Below are positions 1 to 10,558 of a DNA stretch of 64,000 bases, piece by piece. This DNA comes from Syntrophomonadaceae bacterium (GTDB lineage Bacteria; Bacillota; Dethiobacteria; DTU022): positions 113 through 64,112 of the forward strand of contig PWGX01000053.1 of assembly GCA_003554615.1 (NCBI GenBank), in the 5' to 3' direction. The position numbers and the translations under genes were made by a program. Within the stretch, counting starts at the first letter, position 1; each line of letters starts with the position of its first letter. The notes under the pieces were generated by a model that was not told where the DNA came from, searched no databases, and saw only the letters and a program-made list of their open reading frames with translations.

Positions 1-600
1 TCAACATTGCCATTTGCCCACAGAGGTTACCTTGCAGCCGGGGTGGATATCTCTGAAAGGATGCTGAAACTGGCCCGGCAAAAATCTGCTCAAGACAACC
101 TCCAGGTGGGTTTTTTTCAGCAGGATCTTCGCCACCTCATCTTGCCCAAACGTTTCGACCTGGCTTTATTATTCCAGGATGGCCTGAACTACATTTTAAA
201 TGAGGAAGAACTTTATCTTGCCCTAAACAATATTAACAAGATCCTGAACCCGGGCGGACTTTTTATTTTTGATTTGACCCGGCCTGGCCTGCGTTACAGC
301 CGCGGAAGGGAAAGCACCTGCAGCGCTGAATTCGAAGAACTTATATTGATCATGGAAAGCTCTTACAGGGCCGATGAAGAGCTGTGGTCAGCCAGGCTGA
401 CGGTCTTCCAGGAAATTGATAACGGCCTCTACAGGAGATACCGGGAAGAGCACCTGGAAAAGGACTATGATCCGGAATTGGTAACCAGATTGCTTGAACA
501 AGCCGGTTTTATTGTTTGCGGCATCCACCCCAGCTTTCGTTTTGAACAGGCAAAAACCACAGATCAAAAGCTGACTTTCGTAGCAGAAAAGAAATCTTGA
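1..600 (+). CDS. Class I SAM-dependent methyltransferase, 5' end cut by window edge
   Basis: The frame is open from position 1 and stops at 598-600. GVDISERML and ILNPGGLFIFD segments resemble the post-motif-I part of class I methyltransferases. The glycine-rich SAM motif would lie upstream of the window. Confidence 0.75.
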   Translation, partial: STLPFAHRGYLAAGVDISERMLKLARQKSAQDNLQVGFFQQDLRHLILPKRFDLALLFQDGLNYILNEEELYLALNNINKILNPGGLFIFDLTRPGLRYSRGRESTCSAEFEELILIMESSYRADEELWSARLTVFQEIDNGLYRRYREEHLEKDYDPELVTRLLEQAGFIVCGIHPSFRFEQAKTTDQKLTFVAEKKS

Positions 601-682
601 AAAATCTTTAAACCGGCGGGATAAATAAATATCTACCTTCGGCTGATCCATACTACCCGGCTTTATCAGAGCTTTTTCAGGC

Positions 683-2080
683 TCATTTACCGAAAAGTTT
701 TTCTTCTTCCTGCAGAGCTTCCTGGACCTCTTTTTCCGGGTAGCCGCGAAAAGCCAGGAAAGCTCCGATGCTGGCCAGAGCGACCAGGAACAGAGTCAGC
801 TGAACCCCCAGTGGGTTTCCTAGATCCCGCCCAAAAGCGGACAATAAAAAGCCAAATACGCCACCGGCAACAGCTATGGTTATTTTTAGAGGTACTGCCC
901 GGGCGCCAAAAAAGATCGCTTCCCGGCGCCCTCCGGTCTGCACAGCCTGTGAGCGGGCTATTTCAGCTATCGTAGGATTGACCAGGATACTAAAGGCAGC
1001 TGTTGGAATTCCGGCCAGGGCAAATAAACCCACTCCCAGGTAAAAAGATAAACCTGTCATGTTAAAACTGAGCAGGAAAACACCCATTGAGCAGAATGCC
1101 AGGACCAATGCAGAAACCGTAAGAATGCTCACTTTACCTTTTTTCTTGGCCACGGCATTAATCAATGGAAACGCCAACAAGGCAGAGCCAAAAACAAGGG
1201 CGGCCAGCACGGTCATAAACCGCTGTTCCTGCCGGAATATTACTACCGTATAGTAAAGCATGCCCAGGGTGACCAGGTTCATAGAAAACTGCATAAAAAT
1301 TTCACCGAGCACAAAGCGGCGGAACGGCCTCACTTTCAAAGCCTGGAGCAGTGATTCCCGCATTCCCAGGGGAGCTGAAGTAACAGGCCGGCAATGCCTG
1401 GATTCATGAAAGCTTAACCCGGCAAACAGCAGTAAAACCAGGGCAGGTGCCGCCGCCCCGGCAACAGCTATCCGGTATGAAGTACGAAGACTAATCCCGG
1501 CATCCTGGATTCGACCGACCAGTTCAGGAAAAATGACGGTTATCAGGACCATCCCCGCCAGGCCCATCAGGGCTACCAGCGTGGACAGGTTGATCCGGGT
1601 GGCATCGGTATGTCCCAATTCCGAAAGCAGGGACAGGTAAGGGTTTACATAAGCAGTAAAGGAAAGATAAAACAGGCTCATCATCAGGGCCAGCCAGATT
1701 CCGTTTACAAGATGCTCCTGGCCGGCATATGGCGGATTAAAACTGAACATGGTAAAAGCAGCCAGGGGCAAAGCACTGATTAACAAAAAGGGCTTGCGCC
1801 TGCCCTGGCGCAAGCGAAGGTTGTCGCTGATGGAAGCAACAACAGGATCGGCAGCGGCATCGACGATTCTGCCCAGAGCCAGGGCCGTCCCGAGAACAGT
1901 GGCCAGGCCCAGGAAGGTTTCCTCCGGAATCAGGTTGGGCAGGTTGTACTCACGGGGAGGCAGATAGTAAAAAGGGACATAAAGGAGAATCAGCCTTTCC
2001 AGCATCGTAAAAGCGGCGCTCCCCCCGGCATAGGCTACCTGCGCTTTTTTACCCAGGCTTTCTGCAAGAAAATTAGCCAC
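683..2080 (-). CDS. GPH/MFS-type cation symporter (MelB/glycoside-pentoside-hexuronide-like)
   Basis: The product is polytopic and hydrophobic. The N-terminal pattern LGKKAQVAYAGGSAAF...LLYVPFYY and RIVDAAADPVVASISD resemble GPH family motifs. Start moved to GTG 2080, which has GGAGGA 5 nt upstream; the ORF track start at 2122 has no RBS. Confidence 0.7.
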   Translation of the reverse strand: MANFLAESLGKKAQVAYAGGSAAFTMLERLILLYVPFYYLPPREYNLPNLIPEETFLGLATVLGTALALGRIVDAAADPVVASISDNLRLRQGRRKPFLLISALPLAAFTMFSFNPPYAGQEHLVNGIWLALMMSLFYLSFTAYVNPYLSLLSELGHTDATRINLSTLVALMGLAGMVLITVIFPELVGRIQDAGISLRTSYRIAVAGAAAPALVLLLFAGLSFHESRHCRPVTSAPLGMRESLLQALKVRPFRRFVLGEIFMQFSMNLVTLGMLYYTVVIFRQEQRFMTVLAALVFGSALLAFPLINAVAKKKGKVSILTVSALVLAFCSMGVFLLSFNMTGLSFYLGVGLFALAGIPTAAFSILVNPTIAEIARSQAVQTGGRREAIFFGARAVPLKITIAVAGGVFGFLLSAFGRDLGNPLGVQLTLFLVALASIGAFLAFRGYPEKEVQEALQEEEKLFGK

Positions 2081-2171
2081 GTCATTCCTCCATTCCCTGC
2101 TAAAAACAATAAGGCAGTTCAACGCATTGTTAAACTGCCCGGGTTAATCCTGGTTAAATCAAAACGGACGG

Positions 2172-2363
2172 TTATTCGATGATCATTGAATCATTACTTT
2201 CATCCCAGCTCAGGCCCTTATCAATGGTAAATTCCTGCGGTTCCTTAAGCATAGGGTAAACTTTTAGCTTTTTTGCTTCCAAATTCAGGGTGTATTTGGT
2301 AATATTATCGGCTATTTTGTTCTCTTCGTTCGCACTTCCCTTGTATAAAGTGATCATACACAT
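2172..2363 (-). CDS. Hypothetical small protein (63 aa), no recognisable family
   Basis: ORF with a GGGAGG motif 11 nt upstream of its ATG. The segment looks AT-rich relative to its neighbours. No motif recognised. Confidence 0.4.
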   Translation of the reverse strand: MCMITLYKGSANEENKIADNITKYTLNLEAKKLKVYPMLKEPQEFTIDKGLSWDESNDSMIIE

Positions 2364-2544
2364 TGATAATCAAACCTCCCGGTTCCGGCTTCCAGCCGGA
2401 TTAGTAGTCTAAATCGCTTTCAAGGCCCTTTATTTACCTTACAGTTTAATTATAGATCTTTTCACAGCCAGGGGAAAGGATTAAATTTACGCTTTTTGCG
2501 GGGCGGGGCTTTTTGCGGGGGGCGTATTAATAGGAGGGCTTTTT

Positions 2545-2553
2545 TGGTATAAT
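2545..2553 (+). promoter_or_regulatory. Candidate extended -10 promoter (TGgTATAAT) for the 2660-4034 gene pair
   Basis: TGGTATAAT sits about 105 nt upstream of ATG 2660, preceded by G-rich direct repeats. No clear -35 element. Confidence 0.35.
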
Positions 2554-2659
2554 ATTTATTATAATGTATTTAATACTCGGAAGTACATCTGTAGATATGG
2601 GCCGGATCTGCCAGACCCGGGCTTTGCCTTTGGCAAATAGTTAACAAGGGGACTATACA

Positions 2660-3391
2660 ATGAACAACGATCTTATCGGGGCCGTGATCCTGTTGGCTTA
2701 CTATTTAATTGCTGTAGCCTTGATGCCGGTTTTACTAAAATACTGGTTTAATATACCAACCGAATATGTTCGTAAAATTCACCATGTAGGCTACAGCCTC
2801 TCAATTTTTTTGCTGCTCCATTTATTCAGCACCTGGTACACGGCTGTCGGGGCTGCATTGTTGTTGGTGGCACTGGGTTACCCGGCTCTTTTGCTGATTG
2901 AAAAATCACCTTTTTACAAGAGATTATTTGTGGAACGAGCCAGGAGCAGGGGCGAACTGAGAAAGCAGCTGATTTATGTCCAGCTAAGTTTTGGCCTGCT
3001 GATCTTTATTTTCTGGGGGCTGCTTGGAACCAGCTGGCATTTCATCGCAGCCGTTGCTGTAATGGCCTGGGGATTTGGCGATGCCGCCGCAGCCCTGGTT
3101 GGAAAAGCTTTTGGGCGGCGTAAAATTATCCACCGCTACATAGAAAAGGCAAAAACTATCGAAGGCACCGCGGCCATGATCGGCGCCGCCTGCCTGGCAC
3201 TTTTCCTGACCCTGTATTTTTATGCCGGTTTATCCTGGCTGCCAAGCCTGATTATAGCTTTGATTGCCGCTCCTGTCGGCGGAGTACTGGAGCTGTTCTC
3301 CAAGAAAGGCCTGGATACCTTGACTGTCCCCCTCGGCACTTCATTTGTAATCCTGCCTTTAGTCTACTTATTTATGTTTTTGGGGTGGTAG
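2660..3391 (+). CDS. CTP-dependent polyprenol/diacylglycerol kinase family membrane protein (CdsA/dolichol-kinase/phytol-kinase superfamily)
   Basis: Multi-TM protein. The motif GFGDAAAALVGKAFGRRKI...KTIEGTAAM matches the GDxxAxxxGxxxG...K(S/T)xEG signature of this superfamily. Confidence 0.65.
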   Translation: MNNDLIGAVILLAYYLIAVALMPVLLKYWFNIPTEYVRKIHHVGYSLSIFLLLHLFSTWYTAVGAALLLVALGYPALLLIEKSPFYKRLFVERARSRGELRKQLIYVQLSFGLLIFIFWGLLGTSWHFIAAVAVMAWGFGDAAAALVGKAFGRRKIIHRYIEKAKTIEGTAAMIGAACLALFLTLYFYAGLSWLPSLIIALIAAPVGGVLELFSKKGLDTLTVPLGTSFVILPLVYLFMFLGW

Positions 3392-3392
3392 C

Positions 3393-4034
3393 ATGAGCAC
3401 CCTTACAAAAGAGCAGATAGCCGGCCGGGAAAAAACCCTGATCGCCGCCCTGCTTCTGAGCATGTGGGCCCCCCTCACCACCGGGGTTGCAGTTCTCTTA
3501 AGCCGCTCGACCACCCAGCTGGCCGATTTTATTCGCCGCAGCGTGGAATTAATCGCCCTGTTCATATCGTGGCGCGTCTTCAGGTATGTTGAAAAAGGAC
3601 ATGAGGTCAGCCCCGTCCAAAAAGCCCGCCTGGAAAAAATTGCGGGACTCAGTGTGGCGATAGCTCTCTGCATTTCCGGCCTGACCATGTTTATGATCAC
3701 CATGGCCAGGATCGATACTTTTGAGCCGGGTGGAAACGTATATCCGGGCCTGGCCATTGCCTTCCTGGGCCTGATCACCAATTCCTGGTTCTGGCGGCGG
3801 TATACTAAAATGACCAATGAACATTACAACCCGGTCATAGATTCACAACGCTTGATGTACCGGGCCAAAACCACGGTCGATCTTTGCGTACTGATAGCCC
3901 TGGCTTCTGTAGCCATCGCCCCGGCTTCTCCCGCTACCCGCTACATTGATGCCCTCGGTTCGGTGGCGGTTTCCATCTACTTGCTTTGGAGCGGGATAGA
4001 CTCCTACAAAAACGCCTGTAAAACCAGGCCTTAA
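3393..4034 (+). CDS. Cation-diffusion-facilitator-like membrane protein (TM domain only)
   Basis: Six predicted TM helices. The N-terminal pattern ...LADFIRRSVELIALFISW resembles CDF TM2, but the usual H/D metal ligands are not evident and there is no cytoplasmic C-terminal domain. It starts 1 nt after the upstream stop, so it is probably co-transcribed. Confidence 0.4.
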   Translation: MSTLTKEQIAGREKTLIAALLLSMWAPLTTGVAVLLSRSTTQLADFIRRSVELIALFISWRVFRYVEKGHEVSPVQKARLEKIAGLSVAIALCISGLTMFMITMARIDTFEPGGNVYPGLAIAFLGLITNSWFWRRYTKMTNEHYNPVIDSQRLMYRAKTTVDLCVLIALASVAIAPASPATRYIDALGSVAVSIYLLWSGIDSYKNACKTRP

Positions 4035-5053
4035 AGCGGTAGAATACGGCCTATGCCTGTTTCAAGAGCCCGCCTGAAAACCTCTTTGCCGACAACAACA
4101 TCGCAGACGGCCATACCGATATTGCTGCAAACAATTAATTGATCAGGATTTTCCCGCCCCGGAACGGCGCCGGCCAAGACCTCTCCGGTTTCACAGGCAA
4201 TTTCCGGCAAACCTTCCGGGAAGTAACCCATTTCTTCAAAAAGGCGGTGTTCTTCGGCACTATCAACGATGTACTTGTCCGCCCTCCTGGAAATAGCGGG
4301 ATCCCAAAAAGTATTGAGGTCGCAGGGCAGAATGGTCTGTCCACCGGAAACCCAGCCATCTTTAACCACAGACAATTGTTCGAGAAGGATCACCGTAGCC
4401 GAACTCATTGCTGCACAGCTTTTTGCCACCTTTTCCGGGTCTTTTCCTTTTATTATCTCAACATCTACCTGTGGTTGTACAACCTGAACCAGGTTGTCCA
4501 TCGCTTCTTCCTTTATATCGTAAACATAGATCTTTTTAAGGTCCTTCAGGGTGTGAACAATAAAGCGGCAGTGCTCAATACCCTGGACTCCGCAGCCAAA
4601 CATGCCAAAAGATCCCGCGTCGGGATGCAAGGCCTGGGCGGCCAGGGCGGTTACGGCGGGAGTACGCATAGCTGTAACCCAGGTAGCATCCATCAGGGCA
4701 ACCGGGCAGCCTGACTCCACGTCATTTATGACCAGCAGGCCCGTGGTCTGGGGAAGGTTATACCGGGAAGGATTGGAGGGGTAGCATTCAATCCATTTAA
4801 GGCCTACCGCGGCTTGTGATGGAACATAAGCCGGCATGGCATGATAAAAGACATCCTCGTAAGGATGCACCCCTATTTTAGCCGGCATCTCATATTTTTT
4901 ACTGCCGTGAGCTACCAGGGCGCTCCGGGTTAAATCAAGGATCTCATCAATTTCCAGACCGGTTGCTGTAACATCTTCCAGGGTCAGATAAAGCATTTCT
5001 TTACCGCTATTCAGTTTGCTCATGATCCAGTCGCGTTCATTTGCCGGTTCCAT
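4031..5053 (-). CDS. Ornithine cyclodeaminase / mu-crystallin family protein
   Basis: TGLLVINDVESGCPVALMDATWVTAMRTPAVTALAAQAL and the FGCGVQG Rossmann motif are typical of the OCD/mu-crystallin family. Start set to ATG 5053, 7 nt after GGAGG. Confidence 0.8.
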   Translation of the reverse strand: MEPANERDWIMSKLNSGKEMLYLTLEDVTATGLEIDEILDLTRSALVAHGSKKYEMPAKIGVHPYEDVFYHAMPAYVPSQAAVGLKWIECYPSNPSRYNLPQTTGLLVINDVESGCPVALMDATWVTAMRTPAVTALAAQALHPDAGSFGMFGCGVQGIEHCRFIVHTLKDLKKIYVYDIKEEAMDNLVQVVQPQVDVEIIKGKDPEKVAKSCAAMSSATVILLEQLSVVKDGWVSGGQTILPCDLNTFWDPAISRRADKYIVDSAEEHRLFEEMGYFPEGLPEIACETGEVLAGAVPGRENPDQLIVCSNIGMAVCDVVVGKEVFRRALETGIGRILPL

Positions 5054-5251
5054 GATCATACCTCCAGTTTTTTAGTCAGTGCCAAAAAGTTTTTAATACC
5101 CTTTCTTTATCAACCAGCCTGTCAGTACACTTGCATTTTTTATGTTTGCGGAATTCTTAAATAACCGCTTTACCCCATTTTTCATTGCTCAAAACTTGCT
5201 TCATAAATTTAATAATAATGAAGGAAAACCGGCAAGATAATATTCCCCGGC

Positions 5252-6652
5252 TTAGAATTCACAGGAATTAACGCTCCGGGGAAAAGGAATTACATCTCTG
5301 ATATTGCCGACCCCGGTGAGATACATCAGGATCCTTTCAAACCCGAGCCCGAACCCGGCATGCTTGACCCCGCCGTATTTGCGCAGTTCCATGTACCACC
5401 ACAGGTCATCCTTGTTAATGTTAAAATGGGCCATGCTTTCCTCCAAAACTTCGGTTCGCTCTTCTCTTTGGCTTCCGCCAATTATTTCACCGACACCGGG
5501 TACCAGCAGATCCATGGCCGCAACAGTCTTTTGGTCATCGTTTACGCGCATGTAAAAGGCTTTTATATCTCTGGGATAACCTGTCACAAACACCGGCTTC
5601 TGATAAATTTTTTCGGTCAGGCATCTTTCATGTTCCGTCTGCAGGTCCTTGCCCCACTCTACAGGGTATTCAAATTTCTGGCCCGCTTTCTTTAATTCTT
5701 CAATCGCTTCCGTATAAGAGATGCGGGCAAATTCCGAACCGACTATATTCTGCAGCCTTTCCTTGAGGCCTTTGTCTACAAATTGATTAAAGAAATCCAT
5801 TTCTGTTTCAGCTTCTTCCAACAGGTAATTAATTAAAAACCTGACCATTTCCTCGGCCAGGTCCATGTTGTCATTTAGATCGGCAAAAGCAATCTCCGGT
5901 TCGATCATCCAAAATTCGGCCGCATGGCGGGGAGTATTGGAATTTTCGGCCCTAAAAGTAGGCCCGAAGGTATAAACATCTTTAAAAGCCAGAGCAAATA
6001 TTTCCGCTTCCAGCTGGCCGCTGACGGTAAGATTTGTTTTTTTGCCAAAAAAATCGCTGCTATAATCGACTGAACCATTATCTGTAAGAGGTGGCTCTTT
6101 GGGATCGAGAGTAGTAACTCTAAACAACTCTCCGGCCCCTTCGGCGTCATTTGCAGTTATGATCGGCGAATGCAGATATATAAAACCTTTTTCCTGGAAA
6201 AATTTGTGGATAGCAAAAGCAAGCAGGGAACGGACCCTGAAAACAGCATTAAACAGGTTAGTGCGGGGCCGCAGGTGGGCTACTTCCCTCAAAAATTCCC
6301 GGCTGTGCCTCTTGGGCTGGATTGGATAATCGGAAGGAGAATCCCCTTCCAACCTTACTTCGGAGGCTTTAATTTCGAACGGCTGCCGGGCTTCAGGGGT
6401 CAGCACCAGTTTCCCGGTGGCACTGATTGCCGAGCCTACCCGCATGGCCGCCACCTGCTCATAATATGGTAAAAACTCTTTTTCATAGACGATCTGGATT
6501 GTGTTGAAGTGAGTCCCATCATTGAGGGCGATAAAACCGAAAGATTTTTGATCGCGGTTGTTTCTAATCCATCCGTTTACCGTTACTTCTTTATCAGCAA
6601 AATATTCAGCATCAGCAGCCAGTTGCCTCACTGTTACCTTATCCATTTTCAT
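5252..6652 (-). CDS. asnS: Asparagine--tRNA ligase
   Basis: 466 aa class IIb synthetase. It has an N-terminal OB fold ([25 protein letters not shown]), [21 protein letters not shown], and a C-terminal [12 protein letters not shown]...IPFPR. Confidence 0.93.
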   Translation of the reverse strand: MKMDKVTVRQLAADAEYFADKEVTVNGWIRNNRDQKSFGFIALNDGTHFNTIQIVYEKEFLPYYEQVAAMRVGSAISATGKLVLTPEARQPFEIKASEVRLEGDSPSDYPIQPKRHSREFLREVAHLRPRTNLFNAVFRVRSLLAFAIHKFFQEKGFIYLHSPIITANDAEGAGELFRVTTLDPKEPPLTDNGSVDYSSDFFGKKTNLTVSGQLEAEIFALAFKDVYTFGPTFRAENSNTPRHAAEFWMIEPEIAFADLNDNMDLAEEMVRFLINYLLEEAETEMDFFNQFVDKGLKERLQNIVGSEFARISYTEAIEELKKAGQKFEYPVEWGKDLQTEHERCLTEKIYQKPVFVTGYPRDIKAFYMRVNDDQKTVAAMDLLVPGVGEIIGGSQREERTEVLEESMAHFNINKDDLWWYMELRKYGGVKHAGFGLGFERILMYLTGVGNIRDVIPFPRSVNSCEF

Positions 6653-6727
6653 CCCCCCTTAGCGTCATTTATCGCTTTTAGTATATCTAAAAGCAGCTAC
6701 CATGGAAAGGGGGCGCGATCACTCATT

Positions 6728-6937
6728 TCAGGCCAGCACACCGAGATAAATAAAAACAATCGCCACGACTGTCGCTAAGACAATGGCAGCCATGTCACAA
6801 AGCATCTTGATCTCAGCCAACCTTTCATTCCTGGGCATATTGCCTTTTGCCTGCTCCGCCCTTCGTTTAACAATATTTTTACTCTTGGCGAAAGGATATT
6901 TGGCTTTGTTAATTAGCTGCAGGAGATATTCATTCAT
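6728..6937 (-). CDS. Small tail-anchored membrane protein (about 69 aa), hypothetical
   Basis: ATG 6937 lies 10 nt after GGGAGG. The product is basic and ends in one hydrophobic helix (AAIVLATVVAIVFIYLGVLA). It lies between glnS and asnS on the same strand. Confidence 0.4.
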   Translation of the reverse strand: MNEYLLQLINKAKYPFAKSKNIVKRRAEQAKGNMPRNERLAEIKMLCDMAAIVLATVVAIVFIYLGVLA

Positions 6938-6972
6938 GCTGTTTATGCCTCCCACCAGCCTTTTCGAGACAG

Positions 6973-8685
6973 CTAACTTTTCTGCTTTACCTTCGCCCAG
7001 CTATCCTTAAGGGGAACAATCCGGTTAAAGGCCGGTTTGCTGACGCTCGCGGCCGCAGGATCATAGTAAAAATAACCCTTGCGGAGAAATTGGAACCGGG
7101 AACCGGGGGTTGCTTCAACAACTGCCGGTTCGGCAGGTACGTCTTCTAAGACAACAAGCGATTGCGGATTAATATTGTCGGTAAAATCAAGATCCCGCTC
7201 TTCTTCCGGGTTTTCTATGGTAAAAAGATTATCGTAGAGGTTTACTTTGATCCAGGCGGCGTGTTCGGCAGAAGCCCAGTGGATTACCCCTTTCACTTTT
7301 TTGCCGCTGGTGTCGGCACCGCTTTTAGTCTGGGGATCATAGCTGCAGCGCAGCTCAATAATATTGCCTTCAGCGTCTTTAATCACATCGTTGCATTGAA
7401 TTATATAAGCTCCCTTAAGGCGGACTTCCCTGCCCGGAACCAGGCGGAAAAACTTTTTCGGCGGATCTTCCATGAAATCATCGCGCTCGATATATAGCTC
7501 TCCACTGAAAGGCACTTTCCTGGCACCGGCATTTTCATCGCCGGGGATGTTTTCCGTTTCAATGAGCTCAGTTTTTCCGGCGGGCCAGTTGGTGATGACT
7601 ACTTTGATCGGATCAAGTACGGCCATCAGGCGCGGGGCCGAAGTTTCCAGTTCCTGGCGAATACAGTGTTCAAGTAATGCCAGATCGGCAGTACTGTCCG
7701 CCCTTGATACGCCCACCCGTTCCTGAAAGTCGGCAATGGAAGCCGGGGTAAAACCCCTTCGGCGCATCCCGGCAATTGTAGGCATACGGGGATCATCCCA
7801 TCCTTCTACAAATTTTTCTTCCACCAGGCGGCGCAATTTGCGCTTGCTCATGACTGTATAGGTCAGGTTTAAACGGGCAAATTCGGTCTGGCAGGAACGG
7901 AACTTGACCGCTTCCGGGTAAAGCTCAAGAGCATTTTCTACGATCCAATCATAAAGCGGGCGATGATCTGTATATTCTATAGAGCACAGCGAGTGGGTAA
8001 TCCCTTCATGAGCATCGGAAAAAGGATGATCAAAATCATACATAGGGTAAATACACCACTTATCACCGGTGCGGTGGTGGGTGGCATGCAGGATCCGGTA
8101 AAGCACAGGGTCCCGCATGTTCAGGTTGCCGGAGGCCATATCGATTTTAGCCCGCAACACCCGGCTTCCTGTTTCAAATTCGCCTTTGCGCATCCGCTCA
8201 AAAAGATCAAGATTTTCTTCAACAGTCCGGTTTCGGTACGGGCTCTCTTTGCCCGGTTCAGTCAGGGTCCCCCGGTATTCCCTGATCTCCTCCTGGCTCA
8301 AATCGCAAATATATGCCCTCCCGGCCCGGATCAAGCGAACGGCAAATTCATACTTGACTTCAAAGTAGTCGGAGCTAAAGAACAACCGGTCTTCCCAGTC
8401 TGCGCCCAGCCAGCGAATATCCTCCATGATGGAGTCGACAAATTCCTGTTCTTCCTTGATCGGGTTGGTGTCATCAAAGCGAAGGTTAAATTTCCCGTTA
8501 AATATTTTGGCCAACCTGTAGTTTAAAATAATCGCCCGCGCATGGCCGATATGCAGGTAACCATTCGGCTCAGGTGGGAAACGAGTATGTACGCGTTTAT
8601 CTTCGAGGACCCCTTTTTCTAGATCTTCTTTGATCATGTTGTAAATAAAGTTGGTCATTGCTTCAGTCTTGGTTTTTTCAGCCAT
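6973..8685 (-). CDS. glnS: Glutamine--tRNA ligase
   Basis: [16 protein letters not shown] (HIGH), LRFDDTNP and YTVMSKRKL (KMSKS) closely follow the GlnRS pattern. Length 570 aa. Confidence 0.92.
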   Translation of the reverse strand: MAEKTKTEAMTNFIYNMIKEDLEKGVLEDKRVHTRFPPEPNGYLHIGHARAIILNYRLAKIFNGKFNLRFDDTNPIKEEQEFVDSIMEDIRWLGADWEDRLFFSSDYFEVKYEFAVRLIRAGRAYICDLSQEEIREYRGTLTEPGKESPYRNRTVEENLDLFERMRKGEFETGSRVLRAKIDMASGNLNMRDPVLYRILHATHHRTGDKWCIYPMYDFDHPFSDAHEGITHSLCSIEYTDHRPLYDWIVENALELYPEAVKFRSCQTEFARLNLTYTVMSKRKLRRLVEEKFVEGWDDPRMPTIAGMRRRGFTPASIADFQERVGVSRADSTADLALLEHCIRQELETSAPRLMAVLDPIKVVITNWPAGKTELIETENIPGDENAGARKVPFSGELYIERDDFMEDPPKKFFRLVPGREVRLKGAYIIQCNDVIKDAEGNIIELRCSYDPQTKSGADTSGKKVKGVIHWASAEHAAWIKVNLYDNLFTIENPEEERDLDFTDNINPQSLVVLEDVPAEPAVVEATPGSRFQFLRKGYFYYDPAAASVSKPAFNRIVPLKDSWAKVKQKS

Positions 8686-8719
8686 CTCAATCCCCTTTAT
8701 CAGTAAGATTATTAATAAA

Positions 8720-10558
8720 CTATTCCACCGTCACACTTTTAGCCAGGTTGCGGGGTTTGTCAACTGAACAACCGCGGGCCACCGCTGTGTAATAAGCAAT
8801 CAACTGGGTTGGCACCACGCTTAAAACCGGGGCCAGGATATCGTTTACCGCGGGCAAGTAAAAAATTGAATCAACCTGCCTTTCCACATCGTCAAAATCC
8901 TCCCTGGTTATGGCAAAAACAGCACCGCCGCGGGCATTTACCACCTGGACATTGCTGAGAGTCTTTTCAAGGACCGCTTTCTGCGTGGCCAGGACTACAA
9001 CCGGCGCCCCTTCTTCAATCAGGGCCAGCGGCCCATGCTTTAGTTCACCGGCGGCGCAGGCCTCGGCATGGATATAAGATATTTCTTTGAGCTTAAGAGC
9101 ACCTTCCATAGCAACGGGATAATCGAGGCTGCGCCCGATAAAAAAGGCGTTGTCCCAGTTAACCAGGTGATTGCAGTATGTGCGTATTTTAGCAATGTTT
9201 TCATCAGACAGGACCTCTTTCAGCTGTCCAGGCAGCCCTAAAAGGCCTTTTACCAGTCCTGCAGCCAGGCCGGGATCCAGGATATTCCTGGTTTGCCCCA
9301 GGTATACGGCCACCAGGTAAAGGGCCACCAGCTGGGTTACATAAGCTTTAGTCGATGCAACAGCAATCTCAGGGCCGGCCCAGGTATAAAGGACCAGATC
9401 TGCTTCACGGGATACGCTGCTGCCGACGACGTTGGTTATAGCCAGCACAGGAAGCTCTTTTGAGCGGGCCAGGCGCAGCCCGGCCAGGGTATCGGCCGTT
9501 TCGCCCGACTGGCTGATCACAATAGCGAGCTGGTTGGTGTTGAAAAGAGGACCCCGGTACCGAAACTCCGAAGCCACTTCAACCTCCACTGGTATACCGG
9601 CCAGCTTTTCAATAACCATTTTGCCGATCAGCCCGGCATGATAAGCTGTTCCGCAGGCAATAATATAAATCTTTTCCAGGGTCCTAAGCTGTTCCGGTGG
9701 CAGATCAAACTCTGCCAGATCAACCCGGCCCGATGCAGAATCGATTCTCTGGCGCAGGGTCTCTCTTACCGCAACAGGCTGCTCCATAATTTCTTTGAGC
9801 ATAAAATGATCATAACCGCCTTTTTCCGCGGCTTCAATATCCCAGTTTATTTCAAGAATATCCTTTTTTATAAGCTTGCCGTCTGCGCCGGACACTTCAA
9901 CTTTTCCGGGGGTGAGCGAAGCAAATTCGCCGTCATCCATGACACAGGCCCTGCGGGTGTGGGCAAGCAGGGCCGGTACATCGGAAGCAACAAAGTTTTC
10001 ACCAGCACCCAACCCGATAATCAGGGGGCTGTCTTTGCGGGCACATACCAGGCGATCCGGTTCCCTGGTACAGGCAGCTACAAGGGCATAGGAACCGTCA
10101 ACTTGAGACATGGCTTTGCGCACCGCCTTAAGTAGATCCCCGTCATAACAATGTTCTATTAGATGGGCCAGCACCTCGCTGTCGGTTTCCGATCGGAATT
10201 TATAACCGGCCTCTTCGCCCAGTTTCCTGCGCAGTGAGCGATGATTTTCAATAATCCCGTTGTGAACAACTACTATATCTCCGGAGGCGCTGCTATGGGG
10301 GTGGGCGTTCAAGTCCGTAGGCGGGCCATGGGTGGCCCAGCGGGTATGGCCGATACCCACTCTGACCGCTTGATACTGATCGTTCAGCATTTTTTCCAGG
10401 TCGGCAACTGAACCGGCAGCCTTGGTAACAATTAACCGGCCGTTCTCATGAAGAGCAACCCCGGCAGAATCATAACCCCGGTACTCCAGTTTCTTTAATC
10501 CCTCGACCAATACCCGGCCGGCTTCTCCGGTTCCGGTGTACCCGACAATACCACACAT
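8720..10558 (-). CDS. glmS: Glutamine--fructose-6-phosphate aminotransferase (isomerising)
   Basis: MCGIVGY N-terminal nucleophile, two SIS domains, and a C-terminal [13 protein letters not shown]. Length 612 aa. Confidence 0.97.
   Translation of the reverse strand: MCGIVGYTGTGEAGRVLVEGLKKLEYRGYDSAGVALHENGRLIVTKAAGSVADLEKMLNDQYQAVRVGIGHTRWATHGPPTDLNAHPHSSASGDIVVVHNGIIENHRSLRRKLGEEAGYKFRSETDSEVLAHLIEHCYDGDLLKAVRKAMSQVDGSYALVAACTREPDRLVCARKDSPLIIGLGAGENFVASDVPALLAHTRRACVMDDGEFASLTPGKVEVSGADGKLIKKDILEINWDIEAAEKGGYDHFMLKEIMEQPVAVRETLRQRIDSASGRVDLAEFDLPPEQLRTLEKIYIIACGTAYHAGLIGKMVIEKLAGIPVEVEVASEFRYRGPLFNTNQLAIVISQSGETADTLAGLRLARSKELPVLAITNVVGSSVSREADLVLYTWAGPEIAVASTKAYVTQLVALYLVAVYLGQTRNILDPGLAAGLVKGLLGLPGQLKEVLSDENIAKIRTYCNHLVNWDNAFFIGRSLDYPVAMEGALKLKEISYIHAEACAAGELKHGPLALIEEGAPVVVLATQKAVLEKTLSNVQVVNARGGAVFAITREDFDDVERQVDSIFYLPAVNDILAPVLSVVPTQLIAYYTAVARGCSVDKPRNLAKSVTVE

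Noticed and set aside
6653-6972. Possible T-box leader upstream of asnS
   Set aside because: The spacer length is suitable, but I could not find the T-box core (GGTGGTACCGCG-like) or a specifier-loop/AGAGA architecture on the minus strand. The region is better explained by a small RBS-preceded ORF.
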